From: Sandaracinaceae bacterium
Lineage (GTDB): Bacteria > Myxococcota_A > Polyangia > Polyangiales > Sandaracinaceae
NCBI GenBank assembly: GCA_045106715.1
Contig: JBGCFC010000009.1
Coordinates: 128,001 to 192,000 of the forward strand
DNA length: 64,000 bases
Direction: 5' to 3'
The translations under genes were made by a program, and so were the position numbers. Under the pieces are notes generated by a model. The model was given only the letters and a program-made list of their open reading frames with translations, was not told the origin of the DNA and made no database searches. Shown here piece by piece: positions 26,641 through 35,490 of this stretch; position 1 is the stretch's first letter, and each line of letters opens with the position of its first letter.

Positions 26641-28227
26641 TCAGTCGGGGAGGCGGTCGTAGGCGGGGAGGGTCAGGAACTCGATGAGGGTCTCGCCGGT
26701 CGCGAGTTCGAGGAAGAGAGCTCGGGCCTCGTCGAAGCGGCCGTCGGCGAACCGCACTGGGCCGATCTCCTCTTCGATGACCTTCATCTCGTCTGCGAGC
26801 GTGGTCTCGACGCGCGCCTTCGTGACGGCTTCACCGTCGTCGAGCACCGCGCCGTGTCGGACCCACTGCCAAATCTGCGTTCGTGAGATCTCGGCCGTCG
26901 CGGCGTCTTCCATGAGGTGATAGAGCGGCACGCAGCCGTTGCCGCGCAGCCAGGCTTCGATGTACTGGACGCCCACGCGGATGTTCTGCCGGAGCGCAGC
27001 GACCGTGCGCGTGCCCTCCGGGGCGCGGCGCAGATCCTCGGCGGTGACGTTCACGTCGTCACGGCTCCGCTCGATCTGGTTCTTGCCCGGCATGTGGGCG
27101 TCGAAGATCTCCCGCGCGATGGACACCAGCGCAGGGTGCGCGACCCACGTGCCGTCGTGTCCGGCCGTGACTTCGCGTTCCTTGTCCGCGCGGACCTTCG
27201 CGAGCGCCTTCTCGTTGGCCTCGGGGTCGTTCTTGATCGGAATCTGCGCCGCCATGCCGCCCATCGCGTGCACCCCACGTCGGTGGCACGTCTTGATGAC
27301 GTGGGACGTGTAGGCATTCATGAACGGCTGTGTCGTACCGACCTGGCCGCGGTCCGGGCAGACCCGCGTGGCGTCGTTCGCATGCACCTTGATGTAGCTG
27401 AAGATGTAGTCCCAGCGACCGCAGTTCAGCCCCGCACTGTGCTGGCGGAGCTCGTAGAGGATCTCGTCCATCTCGAACGCGCCGGGCAGCGTCTCGATGA
27501 GCACCGTCGCCTTGATCGTGCCCGCGGGCACGCCGAGCTTCTCCTGCGCCCGGAGAAAGATGTCGTTCCAGAGCCGCGCCTCCAGATGGCCCTCCATCTT
27601 GGGCAGGTAGAAGTACGGCCCGGAGCCGTTCGCGAGCAGCCGCTTGGCATTGTGGAAGAAGTAGAAGCCGAAGTCCCAGATGCCGGCCGGAGCGGGTTCG
27701 CCGTCGACTAGAAAGTGCTTCTCGAAGAGGTGCCAGCCGCGCGGGCGGACGAGCAGCGTCGCGATCTCGTCGTTGAGCGCGTAGTGCTTGTTTCGGCGCT
27801 CGTCGTGCAGCTCGATGGTGCGGTGCACGGCGTCCCGCAGGTTGACCTGGCCGGCGACGCAGTTGCTCCAGGTGGGGCTGTTGCTGTCCTCGAAGTCCGC
27901 CATGAAGCAGTTCGCACCGCTGTTCAGGGCGTTGATGATCATCTTGCGGTCCACCGGCCCGGTGATCTCGACCCGACGGTCCAACAGATCGTCGGGCAGC
28001 GCCGCGACCTTCCAGTCGCCTTCGCGCACGCTCACCGTCTCGGCGAGAAAGTCCGGCGCCTCGCCTCCGACCCACGCCGCGTGACGGGCTTCCCGGGCAG
28101 CCAGCCGTTCCTCCACCGTCGCTCGGAAGGTGCGCACCAGGTCGGCGACGAACGCGCAGGCCTCGTCGGTCAGGATGGTGGCGCCGGCCTCGCTCACCGC
28201 GGCCGTGATCTGAAAGGACTGCGTCAT
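26641..28227 (-). CDS. aceB: Malate synthase A
   Basis: 'RRVEITGPVDRKMIINALNSGANCFMADFEDSNSPTW', 'YFYLPKMEGHLEARLWNDIF' and 'LNCGRWDYIFSYIK' match malate synthase A. Length is 528 aa. Confidence 0.95.
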   Translation of the reverse strand: MTQSFQITAAVSEAGATILTDEACAFVADLVRTFRATVEERLAAREARHAAWVGGEAPDFLAETVSVREGDWKVAALPDDLLDRRVEITGPVDRKMIINALNSGANCFMADFEDSNSPTWSNCVAGQVNLRDAVHRTIELHDERRNKHYALNDEIATLLVRPRGWHLFEKHFLVDGEPAPAGIWDFGFYFFHNAKRLLANGSGPYFYLPKMEGHLEARLWNDIFLRAQEKLGVPAGTIKATVLIETLPGAFEMDEILYELRQHSAGLNCGRWDYIFSYIKVHANDATRVCPDRGQVGTTQPFMNAYTSHVIKTCHRRGVHAMGGMAAQIPIKNDPEANEKALAKVRADKEREVTAGHDGTWVAHPALVSIAREIFDAHMPGKNQIERSRDDVNVTAEDLRRAPEGTRTVAALRQNIRVGVQYIEAWLRGNGCVPLYHLMEDAATAEISRTQIWQWVRHGAVLDDGEAVTKARVETTLADEMKVIEEEIGPVRFADGRFDEARALFLELATGETLIEFLTLPAYDRLPD

Positions 28228-28282
28228 CGGGCTCCTCCGCTTTCGCCGAGGAATCTATGCGCCCGTTCGAATCAGTCAACCC

Positions 28283-28394
28283 GTTAATCGGCGTCTCACA
28301 CTTGCAGGCTGGACTCTGTAAAGCCTGTAAAGGCTTGTGTTTACGGGATGACGCACTGCGTCGAGGCTGCCGGTTGTTAATCGGTTAATTCACA
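28283..28394. promoter_or_regulatory. AT-rich aceB upstream region with repeated motifs (candidate operator / promoter)
   Basis: GTTAATCGG occurs twice (28286, 28377), plus 'ttaattcaca'. A hairpin/palindrome AAGCCT-gtaa-AGGCTT lies at about 28327-28342. 'tgtaaag' and 'gtttaca' are inverted copies. GC content is far below the window average. Confidence 0.4.
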
Positions 28395-28424
28395 TCGTGG
28401 ATCATTGGACCGGCGTTCAGAAGG

Positions 28425-28988
28425 TCACTCTGGATCGTCGTCGGCGATCGCGGCCGCGATGGCGCTCTTGTCCACCTGGTGAGCCAGTCCGGACCGGTTC
28501 CGGCCCGCTCGGCTGCGTCGCTTGGGCTTCTCCACTGCGGCCCGCTCGACCTTGCTGCGCACGCCCGACTGCGGCTTGCGTCGGGAGGAGGGGCTTGCCG
28601 AAGCGCCGCGCAGACTCGCGAGCAGTTGGGCGTATGCACCAGGAGCGAGCCGGTTTGGGTCGATCGGGGCGTCGCGGAGCCACTGCTCCTCGGTCGGCGT
28701 CAGGTCGTCCGGGGCCCCGTCCTGCAGGTATTCGTCGAGCGGGGAGAGCACGAGCAGCGCCGGATCGGCCACGAGGCCAAGCAGGAAATCCGACGAGACG
28801 GAGAGCAGCTCGGCCAGCCGACGCACCGATCCTAGGCTCGGCTGCACACGATCGCGCTCCCAGTTGTCGACGTGCTGCCACGACGTGGAGAGCTCGCGCG
28901 CGAGCTGGTTCTTGTTCAGTCCTGCCCGTTCCCGCGCGGCGCGGAGTTGGGGACCGAACGGCGGGTCCTCTTTACCCATGCTGACCAC
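28425..28988 (-). CDS. XRE-family HTH transcriptional regulator
   Basis: The HTH is 'LRAARERAGLNKNQLARELSTSWQHVDNWERDRVQPSLGSVRRLAELLSVSSDFLL'. It has a basic C-terminal tail. It lies immediately upstream and co-oriented with aceBA. Confidence 0.75.
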   Translation of the reverse strand: MVSMGKEDPPFGPQLRAARERAGLNKNQLARELSTSWQHVDNWERDRVQPSLGSVRRLAELLSVSSDFLLGLVADPALLVLSPLDEYLQDGAPDDLTPTEEQWLRDAPIDPNRLAPGAYAQLLASLRGASASPSSRRKPQSGVRSKVERAAVEKPKRRSRAGRNRSGLAHQVDKSAIAAAIADDDPE

Positions 28989-29084
28989 GGTAGTGCATCG
29001 TTCACACTGATTGCAAATAGGTACCCACGCAGTACAACACGAGGAACCTATCGATGGGGCAAGCTACGCCTGTAATTCCGGCTG

Positions 29085-29123
29085 AATCGAACGATGCTGG
29101 ATTCACGATGTGCATACTGTCGC
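29085..29123 (+). promoter_or_regulatory. Sigma70-like promoter (TTCACG-N17-TATAAT) upstream of the HTH/TM gene; near-leaderless
   Basis: 'ttcacgatgtgcatactgtcgcgtataat' ends about 10 nt before the ATG at 29133. Confidence 0.4.
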
Positions 29124-29132
29124 GTATAATCG

Positions 29133-29591
29133 ATGGCTCCTATGACGCCCGATCTGACGCTTGCGCGATTGCTGCGCGACCGGCGCCTCGCACTTGGACT
29201 GAGCCTCGATGACGTCCAGCGCGAGACACGGGTGCCGCGAGGCGCGTTGGCCGCCCTCGAGGCCGGGCGCATCGAGGATCTGCCGGCGAGCCCGGTGACC
29301 AAGGGGTTCGCGTTGGCGTACGCGGGCGCCGTCGATCTCGACCCGGCGCATGTCCACGACCGCTGGCCCTCCAAGCCCGCATCGATTCGTGCGCGAGCGC
29401 GGCCCGTGCGCCCCAGCGCGTGGCGGTGGGTGGTCCTGTTGGCCCTCTTGCTCTTGCCGCTCGTCCTGCTTGGCTGGTGGTGGGCGAGGGCGGTCGACGA
29501 TCAGCTCGGGGAAACCGGGCAGGCGACGCGAGTCGGCCCGATGCGCCTCCGCTCGCCCGGGGCCGTCGCACCTGCCACGCTGCCCGGGTGA
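29133..29591 (+). CDS. HTH domain membrane protein (RodZ/XRE-like N-terminal HTH + TM anchor)
   Basis: HTH 'LARLLRDRRLALGLSLDDVQRETRVPRGALAALEAG' followed by the TM 'WRWVVLLALLLLPLVLLGWWWA'. Confidence 0.55.
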   Translation: MAPMTPDLTLARLLRDRRLALGLSLDDVQRETRVPRGALAALEAGRIEDLPASPVTKGFALAYAGAVDLDPAHVHDRWPSKPASIRARARPVRPSAWRWVVLLALLLLPLVLLGWWWARAVDDQLGETGQATRVGPMRLRSPGAVAPATLPG

Positions 29592-30307
29592 CGAAGACCT
29601 TGTTCATCGCAGGTGCCACGGGTCTTACGGGCCGTGCCGCCGTGGACCACGCTGCGGGGTTGGGCCTGCGGGTTCACGCCCACGTGCGACCGGATTCCTC
29701 TCGCCGGGACGCGTGGATCGCGCGGTTCGAGGCAGCGGGTGCCGTCCCGGACACGACCGCCTGGGAGGAGGGCGCGATGACCGAGACGCTCGCGCGCGTG
29801 CAGCCAGACGCCGTGCTCGCTTTGCTCGGCACCACTCGCAAGCGCGCCCGCCAAGCCAAGCAGCGGGGCGCGGACCCGGCCGCCGAGAGCTACGAAGCGG
29901 TGGACTACGGACTGACGGCGCTCTTGCGCAGGGCGGCCGAGGCGTCGGGCGTGTCCCCGCGGTTCGTGTACCTGAGCGCCGTTGGTGTGAATCCGGGCGC
30001 CAAGAACCCCTACATGGCGGTGCGGGCGCGCGTCGAGGCGGAGCTCCGCGAGGGGGCGTTGCCGTGGGTCGTCGCCCGGCCGAGCTTCATCCTCGGAGAC
30101 CGCGACGAGGCGCGCGCCGGTGAGTCGGTCGGCGCAGGCCTGGCGGACGGAGCGCTCCGCCTCTTGGGTGCGCTCGGCGCAACGACGACGCGAGACCGCT
30201 ACTCTTCGATGACCGGCGAGCAGTTGGCGCGCGCGATGGTGTCTTTGGCGGTGAACGACGGGGTCGAAGGGGAGGTGTTCGAGACCGAGCGTCTGCGCCG
30301 CCTCTGA
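29588..30307 (+). CDS. NAD(P)H-binding protein (atypical SDR / NmrA-like)
   Basis: A GTG start at 29588 overlaps the upstream stop (GTGA). The Rossmann motif is 'TLFIAGATGLTGRAAVDHA'. It matches the YbjT-like NAD-dependent epimerase family. Confidence 0.6.
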   Translation: MTKTLFIAGATGLTGRAAVDHAAGLGLRVHAHVRPDSSRRDAWIARFEAAGAVPDTTAWEEGAMTETLARVQPDAVLALLGTTRKRARQAKQRGADPAAESYEAVDYGLTALLRRAAEASGVSPRFVYLSAVGVNPGAKNPYMAVRARVEAELREGALPWVVARPSFILGDRDEARAGESVGAGLADGALRLLGALGATTTRDRYSSMTGEQLARAMVSLAVNDGVEGEVFETERLRRL

Positions 30308-30318
30308 CGGCTGGCGTG

Positions 30319-31047
30319 TCAGCTCGGCGCGCGGGCGATGAGGATCCGATTCATCGGCGAGATGGCCGATGGAATCGCGCTCCACGCGACCGACCAGCCG
30401 TGGCGCTCGAGCTCGTAGGTGCGCTCGACATCCGTCGCGAGGCGCGAGCCCAACGCATCGCGCAGCCCCCGCGGTGCCTTCTTGCCGGTCTGCGCATAGC
30501 AGCACGGCACGACAGCCGCGTGTCCCTTGATCGCCACCGCGGCTTCGAGGGCGCGATCCGTCCGGACGCCGCACGCGTGCACGGCGACGATCGCGGTCCC
30601 GTCGACGAGGTGCTCGCACGCGTTCTCCACGCGGTCCTCCACCCAGCGTACTTTCGCTCGCGCCCACGGCGCGGCTTCACACACGGCCTCCACCAACAGG
30701 TCGGCCTTCGGCGGCTTGTTGTGATCCAAGAGGGTGACGGTCTCGACGCTGCGTTCCATCGCCGCGAAGACCAGCCCCGTCAGCCCGTGGCCGCAACAGA
30801 GGTCGGCCATGTGCGGAGCGCGCACCCGTCGACGTGTGCGTGCCCACGTCTCGAAGGACTCGCAGACCTCCTTGATGTTGGTCGCGCGTCGCGCGCCGAT
30901 GCCCGCGACGATGCGCTCGACCAGGGGGTCGCCGGTGAACGCGTCGAGTGACTTGTTGTCGACACGAAACGTGGAGCGCGCGGCCCAGCGGTGTTCCTCC
31001 CGGTTGAAGTAGCGGAACACCTTGAACGACGCGTCTTCGGGCTCCAT
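30319..31047 (-). CDS. Class I SAM-dependent methyltransferase
   Basis: SAM-binding motif I is 'MADLCCGHGLTGLVFA'. The start is taken at 'MEPEDASFKVFRYFN'. Confidence 0.55.
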   Translation of the reverse strand: MEPEDASFKVFRYFNREEHRWAARSTFRVDNKSLDAFTGDPLVERIVAGIGARRATNIKEVCESFETWARTRRRVRAPHMADLCCGHGLTGLVFAAMERSVETVTLLDHNKPPKADLLVEAVCEAAPWARAKVRWVEDRVENACEHLVDGTAIVAVHACGVRTDRALEAAVAIKGHAAVVPCCYAQTGKKAPRGLRDALGSRLATDVERTYELERHGWSVAWSAIPSAISPMNRILIARAPS

Positions 31048-31136
31048 GCCGCTGTCATAGCCCGAGCCCGTGCATGCGCACACGGCCAGCTAGACCAGCC
31101 GAGGGTCCGGGCCGACCTCGATGAGGACCCTGCTTG

Positions 31137-32174
31137 TCAGTCGCAGAACCCGTCGGTGCAGGCTTGGCCGTATGCGCCTTCAGCGCCTCCCAGGCAGTTC
31201 GACTCGTCGTTGCAGCGTGAGGTGCAGCGGTTCTCGGCCCCTCCCACCGTGCGGCAGGCCGCCCCCTCACCAAGACCAGGACAATCGTTGGTGGGGCAGT
31301 CCAGCATATCTCCCCGGTCGTCGAGCATGGCGTTCACCGCCTCGCACGTGGTGATCGTCTCCGCGATGGCGCAGTAGGCGACCGGATCGCCACCGGCGGT
31401 GGGGGTGCGCATCAGGCTCCCCGTGAACGGGTTGTCGCATGTCGTGGAGAGCCGCTTCATGCAGTACCGGTCGGCCCGAAGCGTCATGTCTTCGCCGTAG
31501 AACATCTCCACGCAATCGCGGTCCGGCAGGCAGTCCGTGTCGTCGGTGCACATCCCACACGTCCGCGTGCTCCCACAAACGCCGTCGGCTCGGCATTCGC
31601 CCTCGACGCAGTCTTCGTTCTCGGCGCAGCCGCAGGTGTTCGTGTCCACGTTGCAGACCTGGCCGCGGGGGCTGACCGCGCAGTCCGCGGTGTCCCGGCA
31701 TTCGACACACGCGTTGTCGATGCAGACGCCGGGGCAGTCATCGTCCCCCCCGCACTCGACGCAGGCGTTGTCCGTGCAGATGGGCCCGACCGAGCTCGAG
31801 GCGCAGTCGTCGACCTCGACGCATTCCACGCAGTCGCCCCGGGACGGTTCACAGACGGGGCGAGGCGCGGCGCAGTCCGCTTCGGTTCGGCACTCGTCGC
31901 AGCGGACGCCGCCGTCGCGCTCGACACAGAACGCTCCCCCCGAGCACACCCCACAGCGGCTGGCGTCAGGGCCGCCGTCCACATTGGCGTCCATGTTGGC
32001 GTCGGCGTCCACGATGCCCGCGTCTTGTCCCGCGTCCCGACGCGGGCCGGCGTCGGTGCGCCCGGCGTCAAGGCAGAAGCGGTTGTCCGGCTCCTCCGCA
32101 CAGGTGCCGTGACGGAGGCACCCCGTCGCGACCAGGAAGAACCCGAGGACCAGAGCTGTCGGCAACGTCCGCAT
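31137..32174 (-). CDS. Lipoprotein with myxobacterial-type Cys-rich tandem repeats
   Basis: Signal/lipobox 'MRTLPTALVLGFFLVATGC'. Many CxxC / 'DNACVEC' repeats. It is D/G rich. Confidence 0.7.
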   Translation of the reverse strand: MRTLPTALVLGFFLVATGCLRHGTCAEEPDNRFCLDAGRTDAGPRRDAGQDAGIVDADANMDANVDGGPDASRCGVCSGGAFCVERDGGVRCDECRTEADCAAPRPVCEPSRGDCVECVEVDDCASSSVGPICTDNACVECGGDDDCPGVCIDNACVECRDTADCAVSPRGQVCNVDTNTCGCAENEDCVEGECRADGVCGSTRTCGMCTDDTDCLPDRDCVEMFYGEDMTLRADRYCMKRLSTTCDNPFTGSLMRTPTAGGDPVAYCAIAETITTCEAVNAMLDDRGDMLDCPTNDCPGLGEGAACRTVGGAENRCTSRCNDESNCLGGAEGAYGQACTDGFCD

Positions 32175-33133
32175 CAGAATCTACCTTGCAGCTGCGCGCC
32201 GTTGGGAAGCAAGCGCGCCTCCACCGAAGCGTCCCCCTGCGACGCGCCCCAGATCAACAGTCCGACCCCGGCTCCGGCCACCGCGCCACCCACCGCCGTC
32301 CACACCCAGACGACATCGTCGACCTCTTCGAACTCGGTGCAGCCCATGTCCGTGCAGCCGGCGCTCACGAAGCTGATGGCGGGTGGGAGCACGGCGGCCC
32401 CGAGACCGATGGCGATCGCCCCTGCCCCGACCACGACTCCCCAATGAACGGGCGGTTGTTCCTCCTCCAACCGGAGGTCCACGGTCACGGTGCGGCTCGG
32501 GTCGTCCGGCAGGGTCACCCGCACGCGGCGCGACTGATGCCCGGCCAGTTCCGCACCGACCTCGTGTGGCCCAGCCGTGCTGGGATGGGTGACGGGAATG
32601 TCCCCCACCAGCGCACCGTCGATCGAGATGTGCGCCCCGGTCGTGCCGTCGACCTGAAGAAAGGGGCCGCCCGGCTCCGGCTGGTCGTGGTCGAGCAGAG
32701 GGCGCAGCGCGTCGGCGACCGCGTCGCCCAACTCCCCCTCCACGACGGTCGCGCCTTCGCGGACCCCGTCCGCCCGGATGACGTACACCCACACGCGCTG
32801 GACCCCAGAGCTGTCCCCGTTGAGGACGAGCCCAACCAGAACTTCGACCGACGCGTGCCGGAACACGTTCTCGCGGCAGGATGTGGAAGGCAGGCATTCG
32901 CGCTCCGCTTCGTCCAGCAGGCTCTCGATTCGCAGCGACTCGATGAGCAGCATGCCCTCCTCGCGCAGAACGGCTGTGGCCGCCGCACGCGCCGCGGCTT
33001 GCATCTCCGCTCCCACCTCGTCGCCTCCGATGCGCGGCATCAGAGCCGCGGTCGCTTGGGCGAGGGCCGTCGATGGGACCGCCACGAGGGCCATCACGAA
33101 GCAAGTCCATCGCAAATGCGCAAACCGTCGCAT
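32174..33133 (-). CDS. Secreted PEGA-domain protein with C-terminal TM anchor
   Basis: Signal 'MRRFAHLRWTCFVMALVAVPSTALAQA'. PEGA-like 'ISIDGALVGDIPVT...HEVGAELAGHQSRRVRVTL'. TM 'WGVVVGAGAIAIGLGAAVL'. Its stop overlaps the start of the downstream gene by 1 nt. Confidence 0.6.
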   Translation of the reverse strand: MRRFAHLRWTCFVMALVAVPSTALAQATAALMPRIGGDEVGAEMQAAARAAATAVLREEGMLLIESLRIESLLDEAERECLPSTSCRENVFRHASVEVLVGLVLNGDSSGVQRVWVYVIRADGVREGATVVEGELGDAVADALRPLLDHDQPEPGGPFLQVDGTTGAHISIDGALVGDIPVTHPSTAGPHEVGAELAGHQSRRVRVTLPDDPSRTVTVDLRLEEEQPPVHWGVVVGAGAIAIGLGAAVLPPAISFVSAGCTDMGCTEFEEVDDVVWVWTAVGGAVAGAGVGLLIWGASQGDASVEARLLPNGAQLQGRF

Positions 33134-33190
33134 CGTCCCGTCCTCCCACACCTCTCTCGCGACGTCCAGATTCGGCCTCGTGCCGCCGGG

Positions 33191-33218
33191 TTGACAATTG
33201 GTTCAACCAATATAGGGT
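33191..33218 (+). promoter_or_regulatory. Promoter-like TTGACA-N16-TAGGGT element overlapping a perfect 15-bp palindrome ATTGGTT-c-AACCAAT
   Basis: This is in the 90-bp divergent intergenic region between the PEGA gene and the ORF at 33224. It is AT-rich relative to its surroundings. The -10 element ends about 6 nt before the ATG, giving a leaderless-type arrangement. Confidence 0.4.
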
Positions 33219-33223
33219 GGCTC

Positions 33224-33955
33224 ATGGCGCGCCGCCCTTGGTTCCACCTGCTTCTCGTCCGTCCTTCATGCGTCGAAGCCAACCTGGCGCGCGTCACGGC
33301 GTGCCGGCTCGTCCCGCGGACCCCCAATCCATGGCAGGTGCTGCTCGGCATCGTGCGCATGCAGCACCGCGTTCTGTTTCGTTCCGACACGGTCGGGACG
33401 TGTCACGTCGACCCAGTCCGTCCGACGTGGCGGGCGCGCCTGCTGAAGAACCGCGCGCTTCGGCTGCCCTGTCTGCTGGCTGAGCGTGCGGTGGCGCCGC
33501 TCGACTTCTCGGGCCTCGTGAGCAGCCGCGCGCGCATCGTGCGCCACTTGTTGGGCGCGCACCACGATGGGGAGCAGTTCCTCTACGACCTCGCCTTGCT
33601 TTCGCTGCACGACGGCGCGCTCCAAGAGCTGGTTGAGCGCGCCCGCGCCGTGGTCGAAGGGACCGACCCGCGCAGCGGTTGGCTGCGTGACCTCGTCGTC
33701 TACGAGCGCTACCACGAGCGCTTGCTGTCGGCGTCTGAGCGCGCGTTGCGCGAAGGGGTGACGTTGTCTCCGGAGGCGGCGTCGGACCCCGACATCTCGC
33801 TCTCGGGATACTTGATGTGGTGCGCGGCTCAGCCCGCGACGCCTCCGCAGACGCTCGCGGCGTGGCGGAGAGGCGAGTACTCGATTGCGGACGGTTTGTG
33901 CAGACGCCCCGCTCCGTCCAACGCGCCGCCTCGTCCAACCTACGCCGTCGCCTGA
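33224..33955 (+). CDS. Hypothetical protein
   Basis: The ATG at 33224 sits directly downstream of the promoter-like element. Composition is plausible ('FLYDLALLSLHDGALQELVERARAVVEGTDPRSGWLRDLVVYERYHERLL'). The opposing-strand ORFs here are R-rich junk. Confidence 0.4.
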   Translation: MARRPWFHLLLVRPSCVEANLARVTACRLVPRTPNPWQVLLGIVRMQHRVLFRSDTVGTCHVDPVRPTWRARLLKNRALRLPCLLAERAVAPLDFSGLVSSRARIVRHLLGAHHDGEQFLYDLALLSLHDGALQELVERARAVVEGTDPRSGWLRDLVVYERYHERLLSASERALREGVTLSPEAASDPDISLSGYLMWCAAQPATPPQTLAAWRRGEYSIADGLCRRPAPSNAPPRPTYAVA

Positions 33956-33994
33956 ACGCGGCGACTCCGGCGTGGCATCCTCCGCGCACCGGCC

Positions 33995-34603
33995 ATGCCG
34001 CAGCTCGCTCTGATCGTACGCCCGTCCTCGTCAGCCCCCAAGGAGGGCTTCGCTTCGCACGTGCAGGCGATGGCCGCGACGACGCCTGGCACACGGCAGG
34101 TCTGCCTTCCCTCCCGTCCGCCGCGCATCTCGGTCATCCCTTTTTCAGCGCGGCCCGCCGCGATGCTCTTGGCTGACGCCGTGCCAGCTCCCGCCGAGGG
34201 CGTCGAGGTGCACGCTTACCGCGTCGAAACGAGCGAGCCCCTCGAGGGTCCCGCGGAGGGTCCCGCGATGATCACGTTGTTCTCGCGTCGCTCCGGCCTG
34301 AGCACCGCGAAGTTCATGTCGCTTTGGCACGAAGGGCACAGCCCGCTCGCCCTCTCGGTCCACCCGCTCGTCCGCTACACGCGGCATCGTGTGCTCGAGG
34401 CGCTGGCCGACGCGCCGCCGCGGGACGGGATCGTGCTGGAGATGACGGCCCGGCCGGAGGACCTCACCTCCACGGTTCGCTTCTTCGGTGGCCCGCTCGC
34501 GGCGGTACCGAACATGGTTCGCATCGGTCTGGACGCGCGGCGTTTCCTCGATCTGTCGACCCTCGAGAACCAGCTCGTCGAGGTTCGCGCCCCGTCAACG
34601 TGA
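33995..34603 (+). CDS. Hypothetical protein (possibly EthD-like)
   Basis: The 202-aa product contains 'MITLFSRRSGLSTAKFMSLWHEGHSPLALSVHPLVRYTRHRV'. Confidence 0.35.
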   Translation: MPQLALIVRPSSSAPKEGFASHVQAMAATTPGTRQVCLPSRPPRISVIPFSARPAAMLLADAVPAPAEGVEVHAYRVETSEPLEGPAEGPAMITLFSRRSGLSTAKFMSLWHEGHSPLALSVHPLVRYTRHRVLEALADAPPRDGIVLEMTARPEDLTSTVRFFGGPLAAVPNMVRIGLDARRFLDLSTLENQLVEVRAPST

Positions 34604-35473
34604 GGGACCGTCCTCCCGCGCGCGCGTGCCGTGCGGCCGCACTGACCCAATGAGCGACCGCCGGCTCGCTTCGGCAGGGACGAGCACCTCTTCGTACTTC
34701 GCCTCGAACTGAAACAAGCTGAGCGCCGCCGCGCCGCTCGGGCCGACGCTCACCCGCACCTCCAGTTCGGTGCGCTCGAGTCGGCCGTCCTCGACGAACA
34801 CACGCGACGTGCCTTCGAGCGTGCCCTCACCTTCGAGTGTGGTTCCGGCCATCGCGGCGAACGGCAAGATCCGAAAGTGCGCGTCCCAATCCACGCGCGC
34901 GACCCGCGCGCCCTCCACCACGTCGAAGCCCCGCAGGCGCCACGCGGGTTCGAGCACCACGGTCACGCGATGACTCGGCGGACTGTCCCACTCCACGGGC
35001 GCGCCCTCCCAGCGGTCCCCAGGCACCACCGGGCGCTCCGGGAACTCCACGCGCAGCAGGCGAAGGACCGCGAGCACCGCCGCATGCAGGTCGGGGCTCG
35101 TGCTCGGTTGACCCGTCGCGCGCGGCGGCTCCACGGTGATCCCGCGCGCGTCCGTCACGCGGCGGACCGTGAGCTGACCGATGCCCCTCAGCCGCGCGTG
35201 TTGACCGGCGTCTTCCCCGTCGCGCATCAGCGTCAGATCCAGGTAGCGGCTGTGTTCCATCACCTGGTGTTCGTCGAACGTGCGCATCTCGACGTTGGAC
35301 CGGGTCGAGATACGGAGCCCCGCGCCCGATCCGTCGTCCATCAGAGCCAGCGATTGCCGCCGGGTGAACGTCGCGTGCGCCTGGATCCGCTGCCGGAGCG
35401 TCACGGGTGCGGCCGGGGGGGATGCCTCGATCGCGCCTCTTCGTGCGGGCGCGCCGCAGCCCACCAGCAGCAC
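34595..35473 (-). CDS. Hypothetical lipoprotein (start codon uncertain)
   Basis: The lipobox 'LLVGCGAP' lies right at the ORF start, a GTG at 35473. The upstream in-frame codons read 'LTRALLVV' with no ATG/GTG/TTG before the stop. Confidence 0.4.
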   Translation of the reverse strand: MLLVGCGAPARRGAIEASPPAAPVTLRQRIQAHATFTRRQSLALMDDGSGAGLRISTRSNVEMRTFDEHQVMEHSRYLDLTLMRDGEDAGQHARLRGIGQLTVRRVTDARGITVEPPRATGQPSTSPDLHAAVLAVLRLLRVEFPERPVVPGDRWEGAPVEWDSPPSHRVTVVLEPAWRLRGFDVVEGARVARVDWDAHFRILPFAAMAGTTLEGEGTLEGTSRVFVEDGRLERTELEVRVSVGPSGAAALSLFQFEAKYEEVLVPAEASRRSLIGSVRPHGTRAREDGPSR

Positions 35474-35490
35474 GACGAGCAGCGCGCGGG

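Noticed and set aside
28270-28280. GTTCGAATC motif resembling a tRNA T-loop
   Set aside because: No acceptor, D or anticodon stems can be formed around it. It lies in the AT-rich aceB promoter spacer and is judged a coincidence.
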